A DNA stretch of 10,235 nucleotides. Source: Planctomycetota bacterium. Lineage in GTDB: Bacteria; Planctomycetota; SZUA-567; H5-PLA8. Where the stretch lies: NCBI GenBank assembly GCA_045863855.1, contig BTVV01000177.1:1-10235 (forward strand), in the 5' to 3' direction. The translations under genes and the position numbers were made by a program. The notes beneath the pieces are model-generated. The model had not been told where the DNA came from. It did not search any database and worked only from the letters and a program-made list of their open reading frames with translations. This document shows, in pieces, positions 1 to 6,951 of this stretch. Position 1 is the first letter of the stretch. Each line of letters begins with the position of its first letter.

Positions 1-1
1 T

Positions 2-55
2 TCGGATGCGGCGCACCAGACGAGTCCTCAGGCCCTGTTGGATATGGAGAAGTAA
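2..55 (+). CDS. Possible 3' end of an upstream gene (...SDAAHQTSPQALLDMEK*)
   Basis: The frame is open from the window edge to TAA at 53-55 and is followed by an abrupt AT-rich spacer. Too short to assign a function. Confidence 0.3.
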   Translation, partial: SDAAHQTSPQALLDMEK

Positions 56-91
56 GTTCTCAAGGTGCGCTAAGCGTATACTTGTATACTT

Positions 92-124
92 TAACTGTAT
101 ACTGTAACCTTAAGTATACAGTTA
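92..124. repeat. Perfect 12-bp inverted repeat with 9-bp spacer (TAACTGTATACT-GTAACCTTA-AGTATACAGTTA); candidate recombinase site or operator
   Basis: 92-103 is the exact reverse complement of 113-124. It lies in a cluster of GTATAC palindromes at 76-81, 84-89, 97-102 and 114-119. The repeat itself is certain; its function is not. Confidence 0.85.
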
Positions 125-321
125 GGTGTACACTTTACTTTCTGCCCATGGTGCGTAGGCACTGCTTGGCGAAACCGTCATAAACAGTAAGGCATGCTGA
201 GTAATAGATTCGCGAGTGCCCATTCGCATGTGTGTGGTACGTCCAACTTTGATACCCGCTGAATGAAACACATAAAGTTCGGTAAAAGGAATAATAACAC
301 ATGTAAGGTTGAGTCGCATGT

Positions 322-1959
322 GTGCAGACGACGGCAGACGATGAGCCAAGTTCAAATATGAATCTCTCGTTAACAGTTTGGGGCATGGGAAAATGGGTAG
401 CCTGCGACAATGTGCTTGCAACGGGTAACTTGGGAATTCGATTTCCTGAGACATCTTCCGTTGCTTGGTTGCTGATCTTGCTACTGATGGCACTTTCCAC
501 AGGATTGGCTCATACCATTCAATTGATCTTCGCTAGTTCACGAACTCGGAAGCGAGTTTGGATATCCGCTGGAAAATGCATCCTGGGTTTGCTTGCTTTT
601 GCAGGCCTTCAAGTAGGCATCGCACACACGAGCCTCGGCCTCGACGGCGAACTTTTAAGAACAATTGGATGGCCATTTTTCTACATCCTGGGAGTTTGCA
701 CTTCCATCATATGGTTGGTGCGCCATGCAGGTACAGATCCCCAAATACAGGCCTCATGGTTCCGCTTGGCGGCAAGTCATATTCTTGTACTGATGCTTCT
801 CATCGGAGTAGTTGCTTCACCCAAGACTTCGCATGAATGGCATCGCGCTCTCAATCATGCTGTGAAAAACGGCCGCTTTACTGAACTGGTGATTTTCATA
901 TTGCCTTTCGGATACGACATCGAGGCTGGTGATGATAGCGGTATCACAGCCTTACACACCGCAGCCCAACATGGAAAGCTAGAAATTGCCAAGTGGCTTG
1001 TAAGTCGCGGCGTAGATATCAACTCCAAGGATAATCAATCCAATACTCCTCTACATCTGGCGGTGCTTGCTGGAGATGAAGAAATGGTCTCCTACCTGCT
1101 CAGCGTCGGCGCGAATGTAAGCGCGCTAAACGGGGAGCGCTCAGCCCCATTGCATTTAGCCGCGAGCATGGGTCACGATAATTTGATTACTTTACTTTTG
1201 AATGCTGGAGCGGACGTAAACGCGACAGACGGGCTATATCGATCCGTCGTAGCAGTTGCGAACAACGAAACGACAATCCGCGCATTGGTCGCTGCCGGCT
1301 GCCCGGTCAATCGGCTAAAAAGCCAAAAGGCCTCTCCACTGGTTGAAGCCGTAAAAGAAAAAAATATAGCTAAGATCAGACTGCTCGTTTCAATGGGGGC
1401 AGACGTTAACGGTATCGATGGAGTAAATCATGAAACTCCGCTTTGTCGGGCCTCGCAATTGGGACGTACGGACTTGCTTGATGTGCTCGCTGAGCTAGGC
1501 GCGGATCCCAACCTGCCTGTAAATAACTGGAGTCCGTTACACCTTGCCACCAAAAGAGACGTGAACTACAGCGTTCTTGATTGGCTCATAGCCCACGGTG
1601 CAAACGTAAACCATCCAGGCTGTCGAGGGAGCACACCGTTACATGAGGCCGCAAAGAGCGATATGGTTCAAGTTGCACGATTCTTGATATCTCATGGAGC
1701 AAATGTCAATGCCTTGGATAATCAGGGTAGAACACCTTTTTTTATTGCGGTACATTTTGATAGACAAAAGGAGATGCTCGGGCTGCTGCTTGGAGCCGGT
1801 TCGAGCACCGAATTGGTGGATGCTTCGGGCGTGCACGCGATTTGGAATAGCCCCTCAAAGGATAGGTACAAAAGCTACGTCGAGACATTGATAGCTCAAC
1901 ATAAGGCGGATAGAAGGATTGAACAGTCTTCTCACCAGAATGAGAGCAACAAGAAGTAA
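322..1959 (+). CDS. Membrane-anchored ankyrin-repeat protein (4 N-terminal TM helices plus about 10 ankyrin repeats)
   Basis: Repeated ~33-aa units of the G-x-T-P/A-L-H-x-A...G-A-D/N-V-N type, e.g. GITALHTAAQHGKLEIAKWLVSRGVDIN, SNTPLHLAVLAG, GSTPLHEAAKSD, from about 838 to 1830. Four hydrophobic segments precede them. The start is uncertain (GTG 322, ATG 358 or later). Confidence 0.92.
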   Translation: MQTTADDEPSSNMNLSLTVWGMGKWVACDNVLATGNLGIRFPETSSVAWLLILLLMALSTGLAHTIQLIFASSRTRKRVWISAGKCILGLLAFAGLQVGIAHTSLGLDGELLRTIGWPFFYILGVCTSIIWLVRHAGTDPQIQASWFRLAASHILVLMLLIGVVASPKTSHEWHRALNHAVKNGRFTELVIFILPFGYDIEAGDDSGITALHTAAQHGKLEIAKWLVSRGVDINSKDNQSNTPLHLAVLAGDEEMVSYLLSVGANVSALNGERSAPLHLAASMGHDNLITLLLNAGADVNATDGLYRSVVAVANNETTIRALVAAGCPVNRLKSQKASPLVEAVKEKNIAKIRLLVSMGADVNGIDGVNHETPLCRASQLGRTDLLDVLAELGADPNLPVNNWSPLHLATKRDVNYSVLDWLIAHGANVNHPGCRGSTPLHEAAKSDMVQVARFLISHGANVNALDNQGRTPFFIAVHFDRQKEMLGLLLGAGSSTELVDASGVHAIWNSPSKDRYKSYVETLIAQHKADRRIEQSSHQNESNKK

Positions 1960-2102
1960 CTCCAAAGTTCCCAGCGTTGAAATACCGGGCTCATTTCTTG
2001 GTGTCCTGGTGGGTCTCGAAAGTCTATTGGTCGAACGCGAACTGGCTGTCTAGTGGTGTAGTGTCCCCCCTCCCTCTGTACAACCTGAAGTATATTGAGC
2101 GA

Positions 2103-2204
2103 GAGTTTCCCACGGCTTGGTTCCATGCTTTTGAGGAAGGTGGCTTTGGGCTGTGGAGGGCCCCGCCGCCCTGCCTTTTGCATGGAACAAGCCGTGGAAA
2201 ACTC
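2103..2204. repeat. About 100-nt imperfect hairpin in the IS non-coding tail
   Basis: GAGTTTCCCACGGCTTGGTTCCATGC (2103-2128) pairs with GCATGGAACAAGCCGTGGAAAACTC (2180-2204) with one mismatch and one bulged G. Weaker inner pairing between 2133-2144 and 2165-2177. Confidence 0.85.
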
Positions 2205-2300
2205 AGGCTTGCGTGATTCCTCCGTTCCGCGTACCGCTGGCATGCGGGCGCTCGGTTCCCATGCCTTCGCTCCGACTTTGCTGCACTGCTTGCCTTGCGG

Positions 2301-2519
2301 TCACGCCGCAGCCGTCCCCCGCAGCGCTCCCGCGTACACTTCGTCCGGCGTGAGGTACTTCAGCGCCTGATGCGGACACTCCGCGTTGTACCACCCCACC
2401 CATTTTCCGATCGCCGCGCGCAACTCCTCCAACGACTCGAACCGCCGCAGCCAGACGCATTCTTCCTTCAAGCTCTGGATGAATCGCTCCGCCAAGCCGT
2501 TCTGCTTCGGCGTGGTATC
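2301..2519 (-). pseudogene. IS3-family transposase (integrase core/rve_3) C-terminal fragment
   Basis: TPKQNGLAERFIQSLKEECVWLRRFESLEELRAAIGKWVGWYNAECPHQALKYLTP matches the NG..ER....LK.E and YN..RPH..L...TP signatures. The conserved RPH reads CPH (TGT for CGT). The N-terminal part with the first two DDE aspartates is missing. Confidence 0.88.
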
Positions 2520-2544
2520 GTTCGAGGCAGGAGATCGTTTCAAT

Positions 2545-2715
2545 ATGCCACAAGGCAGCCCCCTGAATCCCAAGCGCGTGCGCCAGCTTATCGCCATGGG
2601 GCAGACCCCAAGCCAAGTGGCCAAGACCTTGGGTGTGGGCATGAACGCCATTTATAACCACACGGAGGTGCGGTCACGAAAGCGGAAGAAGGGCAGGCTG
2701 CAACGGCCAGGGTAG
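2545..2715 (+). CDS. Small stand-alone helix-turn-helix protein (56 aa, Hin/resolvase-type HTH)
   Basis: AGGAG at 2529-2533 precedes ATG 2545. MPQGSPLNPKRVRQLIAMGQTPSQVAKTLGVGMNAIYNH fits the tri-helical HTH pattern (vr.L...G.t...vA..LGv....iY), followed by a basic tail RSRKRKKGR. It is the 3' half of the 2386..2715 ORF call. Confidence 0.7.
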   Translation: MPQGSPLNPKRVRQLIAMGQTPSQVAKTLGVGMNAIYNHTEVRSRKRKKGRLQRPG

Positions 2716-2809
2716 TACGCTGGCCGGTCCCGAGTCACCCGGAGGTGCCTTTTCTGCGCTAAGGAACGGAAGACCTAAAGAAGCGAGGCCAGTCCTGTAT
2801 AAGAATCGT

Positions 2810-3676
2810 ATGCCCTCCGCTCATATTGCCGTCGATTCGCCTTCGGCCGCAGTCGCTGGGACTCGGCCCAGCCGTTGGCGCTTACTTTGCCTGCTGGTAT
2901 CTGCGGCCGGACTGTATCTGCTCGCAGGCGCACACTATTCGATCTATTATCACCATTCCTATTGGGGGCTTTACGGCTACCACCAGTTCTTGATTGATTC
3001 GGGGCCCTCCTTCCTCTCATTGACGCAGCCCTCCCTGGCCGGATATCGGGCCATGCCGAACGGCATTCTAGGCTTGATGCTATTGATGGGGGCGTTGTTG
3101 ACGGCAGGGGGGTGGTTCTGGTACCGGAAGCGTTTTTCACTTCGGCAGATGATGTTGGCGCTGGTTGCAGGAGGCGTTATTTCGATGGTACCCTTCGTCC
3201 TGCCGGAAAAGCCGGTGTTTAAAGCCTGGATAGACATCCAATGGCCTCCGAATGCACCCAAAACCATCTCGGCGGCAGACCTTAGAACCCTGTGCCGATT
3301 CCTCGAATCGGAGGAAGCCTTGGCAATGATGCCCTCGGATATGCGAAACCAGATGGGATTCGCCGATCGGAAGTTGGTTAATAGCGTAGAATGTCACGAA
3401 GAAAGTTCAGCGGCTTGGCCTTACTCAAGGCTGAGCATTACCTTCGACGATACCCTTTCCGACGAGCAGACCGCGACTTTGTTCTGTTACCTGTCCGACT
3501 TGCTGCTGTGGAAACTGAGCCAAACGCATTTCAATGCCGTGGATCCATTGCGGCCTGACCACTTGCGTGGAAGCCGGTGGGGGGAGTGGCAGGACGACTG
3601 GCACGCTGCGCGCGACGGGAAATCCCCCGCCCGGGGCGTTCGCCCGCCCATGCTCGTAGGTAGTCAGGAACCGTGA
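2810..3676 (+). CDS. Hypothetical membrane protein (about 3 TM helices, soluble C-terminal domain)
   Basis: 288-aa ORF filling the interval. Hydrophobic segments WRLLCLLVSAAGLYLLAGA, GILGLMLLMGALLTAGGWFWY and FSLRQMMLALVAGGVISMVPFV. No catalytic motif recognised. Confidence 0.75.
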   Translation: MPSAHIAVDSPSAAVAGTRPSRWRLLCLLVSAAGLYLLAGAHYSIYYHHSYWGLYGYHQFLIDSGPSFLSLTQPSLAGYRAMPNGILGLMLLMGALLTAGGWFWYRKRFSLRQMMLALVAGGVISMVPFVLPEKPVFKAWIDIQWPPNAPKTISAADLRTLCRFLESEEALAMMPSDMRNQMGFADRKLVNSVECHEESSAAWPYSRLSITFDDTLSDEQTATLFCYLSDLLLWKLSQTHFNAVDPLRPDHLRGSRWGEWQDDWHAARDGKSPARGVRPPMLVGSQEP

Positions 3677-3781
3677 TCGAGCGCCTAGCCGAGATCTTCC
3701 GGCGCCAACGACTATAGTGGCGTATCCAGTTAGGTCCCGTCGCCCGCACGTTTACGGGATTAGTCCACTCAAAGGCGCCGA

Positions 3782-5029
3782 CTAAGCGCGTACGCACGGC
3801 AACTCGCCCCAATGCGTCGTGTACCGCGGCGAGCGCGTTTCCGACTTCATATGCCAGTCCTTGGCGAAGCCTTCCGCCGCGTAGCGCAGCGCGCCCGGTC
3901 CCCACTCCGCGTTGATCCCGTCCAGCGCCACCATCAACCGCCGAGAACGTGGATCGTCCGCGCTGAATAGCGTTTGCTGCACGCAGCCTTGGGCACACAG
4001 ATCCGCCAAGATCACACCGCACTTTCGGTAGCGGTGCCCGGGACGCCAAAGCGCGTCGAGCAGCCGCGCGGCTTGCCGTGTCAGTACGCTCGTATCGTTG
4101 CTCGGCGGATCCAGCCGCACGGACCGCGACCCGTAATGCTGCGGCCCCGCCTTGAACTGGTCGGTGTGCAGGAAGGCGGTCAGCACGCCCGCCGCCGAGC
4201 CTTGCCCGCGGAGCTTCACGGCCGCGCGTGCCGCGTACGTCGCCAGCGCTTCGCGCACGTCGGCCTTGCAGCCGGTCGGTGCGCTGAACGAGCGGGAGGT
4301 GCAGATTTCCTTCCGCTTGGGCGGTGCGTCCTCCAGCTCAAGACAAGACTCGCCACGCAGCTCGCGCACCGTACGCTCGCCCACGACGCCCATGCTCGGA
4401 CGGACCCAAGCCAGGTCGAGCCGCGCGAGCTTCAGGGCCGTGTCCGCGCCGCGCCGCTTCAAGCGCTCCGCCCAAGCCGGTCCGATGCCCCACACGTCTT
4501 CGACCCGAATACCGGACAGAATTTCCTCGCGCCCGTGCAATGGCATCGCGTAGACCCACAGCTTGCGTGACTTCGCGACTTCGGCGGCGATTTTAGCCAG
4601 CGTTTTCGTGGCCGCGATTCCGACCGAGACCGGGATGCCCGTCCAGCGCTTCACCGTCTGCCGGATCGTCCAGCCGTACTCCGTCAGGTCGCCGCCGATC
4701 CCGGCCAGTTCCAGGAAGGCTTCGTCGATCGAGTAGACCTCGACCTCCGGCGTGAACCGTCCCAGCACCTGCATCACCCGCCGCGAGAGATCCCCGTACA
4801 GCGCGTAGTTGGAAGAGAAGACCTTCGCTCCGGCCCGGTCCAGAACCCCTTTCGCCTGGAAGTACGGGATCCCCATCTTCACGCCCAGCGCCTTCACCTC
4901 ATTGGAACGCGCCACAATGCAGCCGTCGTTGTTCGACAATACGACCACCGGCACGCCTTCCAGGGCCGGGTTAAAGACGCGCTCGCAGCTCGCGTAGAAG
5001 TTGTTGCAGTCCACCAGAGCCACGGGCAT
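3782..5029 (-). CDS. umuC: Y-family error-prone DNA polymerase V catalytic subunit UmuC
   Basis: Motifs [53 protein letters not shown] and SRSF, plus the C-terminal W.MK....SPRYTT.W.ELP (DUF4113-type) tail. 415 aa, 3 bp downstream of umuD. Confidence 0.97.
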   Translation of the reverse strand: MPVALVDCNNFYASCERVFNPALEGVPVVVLSNNDGCIVARSNEVKALGVKMGIPYFQAKGVLDRAGAKVFSSNYALYGDLSRRVMQVLGRFTPEVEVYSIDEAFLELAGIGGDLTEYGWTIRQTVKRWTGIPVSVGIAATKTLAKIAAEVAKSRKLWVYAMPLHGREEILSGIRVEDVWGIGPAWAERLKRRGADTALKLARLDLAWVRPSMGVVGERTVRELRGESCLELEDAPPKRKEICTSRSFSAPTGCKADVREALATYAARAAVKLRGQGSAAGVLTAFLHTDQFKAGPQHYGSRSVRLDPPSNDTSVLTRQAARLLDALWRPGHRYRKCGVILADLCAQGCVQQTLFSADDPRSRRLMVALDGINAEWGPGALRYAAEGFAKDWHMKSETRSPRYTTHWGELPCVRA

Positions 5030-5032
5030 GCG

Positions 5033-5443
5033 CTAAACCTTATGGACCACGTAGACCACGACGCCCCAGACCTCGAACGTCGAGCCTTCGTCGATCCAGA
5101 TCGGAGCGTGATCGGGATTCTCGGGCGTGAGGTACGGACGGTCGCCGCAATGCTTCAAGCGCTTCACCGTCAGTTCCCCGTCGAGAATCGCAATCACCAC
5201 GCTGCCGCTGCGGGGCGGGATCGAACGGTCCACGATCAGCAAATCGCCGTCGTGGATGCCGGCGCCGGTCATCGAGTTCCCCGATGCGCGCATGAAGAAT
5301 GTCGCGGCCGGATGCTGGACCAAGTGCTCATGCAGGTCGAGATCCCGGTCTTTGTAGTCGTCTGCCGGCGACGGGAAGCCCGCCGGTACGCGGGTAAGCG
5401 CCAACGGGCAGGTGCGGCGTGGGGCTGACAAGGCGGCGCGCAT
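5033..5443 (-). CDS. umuD: DNA polymerase V autoproteolytic subunit UmuD (peptidase S24)
   Basis: VPAGFPSPADDY cleavage region (Ala-Gly), catalytic Ser in GNSM, catalytic Lys in TVKR, and GDLLIVDRS. No N-terminal DNA-binding domain, so it is not LexA. AGGAG RBS on the minus strand at 5452-5456. Confidence 0.96.
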   Translation of the reverse strand: MRAALSAPRRTCPLALTRVPAGFPSPADDYKDRDLDLHEHLVQHPAATFFMRASGNSMTGAGIHDGDLLIVDRSIPPRSGSVVIAILDGELTVKRLKHCGDRPYLTPENPDHAPIWIDEGSTFEVWGVVVYVVHKV

Positions 5444-5496
5444 AAGGTAGGCTCCTGTTCGCCTTCATGGTAGGGAGTCGTTAGGGGGATGCAAGG

Positions 5497-6135
5497 ATGT
5501 GTGGGCGCTTCGGGTTCAACACCGCCAAGAAGCTGATCGCCGAAGTCTTCGGGCTGGACGAAGGCAACCTGCCCGACCTGCCGGCGCGCTACAACATCGC
5601 TCCTACGCTCGACATTCCCGTGGTCCGGCGTGACGGTCGGCGCAAGCTCGACATGCTGCGCTGGGGCTGGAAGCCTGGTTGGTCCAAGACCGTGCTGGTC
5701 AACGCGCGCAGCGAGTCGGCGGCCGAGAAGCCCACGTTTCGGAAAGCGTTGGCCGAGCGTCGCTGCATCATTCCCGCGTCCGGATTCTACGAATGGAAGC
5801 GAGAGAAGGCCTCGAAGCAAGCCTTTTGGATTCACCGCAAAGACGACCAACCGCTCGCGTTCGCCGGCCTCTGGACCACGGAGCAAGACGACGACGGCAA
5901 CTCGCGCGAGGCGTGCCTGATTCTCACGACCGGGCCGAACAAGGTGATGGAGCCGATCCACGACCGCATGCCGGTGATCCTCGCGCCGGACGACCTCGAC
6001 GCGTGGCTTGAAGGCACGGCGGGCTTTCAGGATTTAATGCAGCCGTGCCCCGCGGCATGGTTGCGCGCCGATGCGGTCGGTTCGTACGTGAACAGCGTGA
6101 AGCATCAGGGACCGAAGTGCCTGGAGCCGGTGTAG
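5497..6135 (+). CDS. yedK: SOS response-associated peptidase (SRAP; YedK/HMCES family abasic-site processing protein)
   Basis: N-terminal MCGRF with the catalytic Cys2, then RYNIAPT, LRWG, NARSE, RRCIIPASGFYEW, FAGLW, IHDRMPVIL and a C-terminal VNSVKH.GP.C. Confidence 0.96.
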   Translation: MCGRFGFNTAKKLIAEVFGLDEGNLPDLPARYNIAPTLDIPVVRRDGRRKLDMLRWGWKPGWSKTVLVNARSESAAEKPTFRKALAERRCIIPASGFYEWKREKASKQAFWIHRKDDQPLAFAGLWTTEQDDDGNSREACLILTTGPNKVMEPIHDRMPVILAPDDLDAWLEGTAGFQDLMQPCPAAWLRADAVGSYVNSVKHQGPKCLEPV

Positions 6136-6162
6136 CGCTCCCCTGCCGCAGGATCGCACCTC

Positions 6163-6714
6163 ATGAAGCGCAACAAGCCCTCCCCAAGCGCAAAGGCCCC
6201 AAGAAGCTCCTGGATTTGAACCGCCCGGAAGCCGCCAAGCTGGGCGTCGCGCTCCAGGCCCGTCCGGCCGCGCCCCTGCTCTCGCCCAACGTCGACGCCA
6301 AGCTCCTGGGTCTCACGGGGGCCGGTATCAAACAGTGGATCAGGACCGGGAAGCTCCCGGCCGTCAAAGGTTCGAACGGTTACTGGCATATCGCGCCGGC
6401 CGATCTCGAAGCCGTAGTGCGCCGTCGCACCGAGGCTCCGCGCAAGCGCGTGCTTGTGTACGCCCGTGACCCCGAACTGCGCCAGCGCCTCGTAGCATGC
6501 ATCGCCGGCCAGGACGTGGATCTGATCGCGCCCATCGGCCTGACCGACGCCCTGCTCAAGCTCGCGCATCTCAATCCCAACGCGCAGCTGCTGGCCGCCG
6601 ATGACGGCGGATGGACCTTGGCCCAGAAGGCGCGCCAAAGCGCGCCCTTAAGGGGCTCGCCGGTCGTCCTCGTGGCCGAACGCGACCTATACCCATCAGG
6701 AGTACGCCGTCTGA
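6163..6714 (+). pseudogene. Excisionase/MerR-like HTH (HTH_17) fused to a degenerate receiver-like domain; probably frameshifted and truncated
   Basis: LLSPNVDAKLLGLTGAGIKQWIRTGKLPAVKGSNGYWHIAPADLEAVV is an Xis-like winged HTH. RVLVY...DALLKLAHLNPNAQLL...GWTLAQKAR....LRGSPVVLV follows the receiver beta/alpha pattern. ATG 6163 (AGGA upstream) is out of frame by one base at the C-run 6178-6180. A second probable shift lies near 6690, where the +1 frame reads THQEYAV* with TGA at 6712-6714. Confidence 0.65.
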
Positions 6715-6796
6715 ATGGTTCTATCCTTGCAATCCGAACATGCATCATCCCAAGGGGACAAGGTTGCGGCATTTACCTGCAACAAGTGCCTAGCAG

Positions 6797-6890
6797 TTGG
6801 TTTTAAGTACCCGAACAGTATTATAATGTGTTGCCACTCTACGGTGGCAGGGTATGCTTCAAGCTTGCTTCAATACTGTGTATAGGCACG
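6797..6890 (+). promoter_or_regulatory. Putative promoter region of the kinase operon
   Basis: AT-rich intergenic segment with a perfect TATAAT at 6822-6827 but no good -35. It also has a hairpin TGCCAC-N6-GTGGCA (6832-6849) and tandem TGCTTCAA at 6855-6862 and 6866-6873. Confidence 0.45.
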
Positions 6891-6951
6891 AATACCATAG
6901 CGGGTTACTCGTTGGGTGCTGCGTTCTGGCCAAGGGTAGGGAAATCGTCGA

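Larger units (their letters stand above)
2057..2519 (-). mobile_element. Truncated IS3-family insertion sequence (right end only)
   Basis: TGTAGTGTCCCCCC at 2057 has the 5'-TG terminus and C-run typical of IS3-family inverted repeats. It is oriented as the right end of the minus-strand transposase fragment at 2301-2519. No left end or orfA is visible. Confidence 0.75.

Noticed and set aside
64..91. Resemblance of GGTGCGCTAAGCGTATACTTGTATACTT to the E. coli dif site (GGTGCGCATAATGTATATTATGTTAAAT)
   Set aside because: It needs an indel in the XerC arm, and the highly conserved XerD arm TTATGTTAAAT is not matched.
95..121. E. coli-type SOS box from CTGTATA...TATACAG
   Set aside because: The half-sites are good but separated by 21 nt between CTG and CAG instead of 10.
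122..500. Two ~120-aa minus-strand ORFs
   Set aside because: They overlap the ankyrin gene start in antisense and show no recognisable motif.
2103..2204. Large hairpin with an extrahelical G as an attC site
   Set aside because: No RYYYAAC/GTTRRRY termini on either strand.
3683..3735. Integron attC site (GCCTAGC...GTTAGGT) after the 288-aa gene
   Set aside because: R'' lacks the AAC, the L boxes do not pair, 53 bp is short, and there is no integron integrase in the window.
3735..3785. Bidirectional terminator between the convergent genes (TCCCGT/ACGGGA and TTAGTC/GACTAA stems)
   Set aside because: Only 6-bp stems with 13-14-nt loops and no U-tract.
6045..6806. 253-aa ORF taken as an intact gene
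   Set aside because: The GTG start overlaps the SRAP 3' end by about 90 bp, and both termini look non-coding. Only the middle is domain-like.
6874..6892. SOS-box-like TACTGTGTATAGGCACGAA upstream of the kinase
   Set aside because: The right half reads ACGA rather than ACAG, and the probable host is not expected to use the gammaproteobacterial box.
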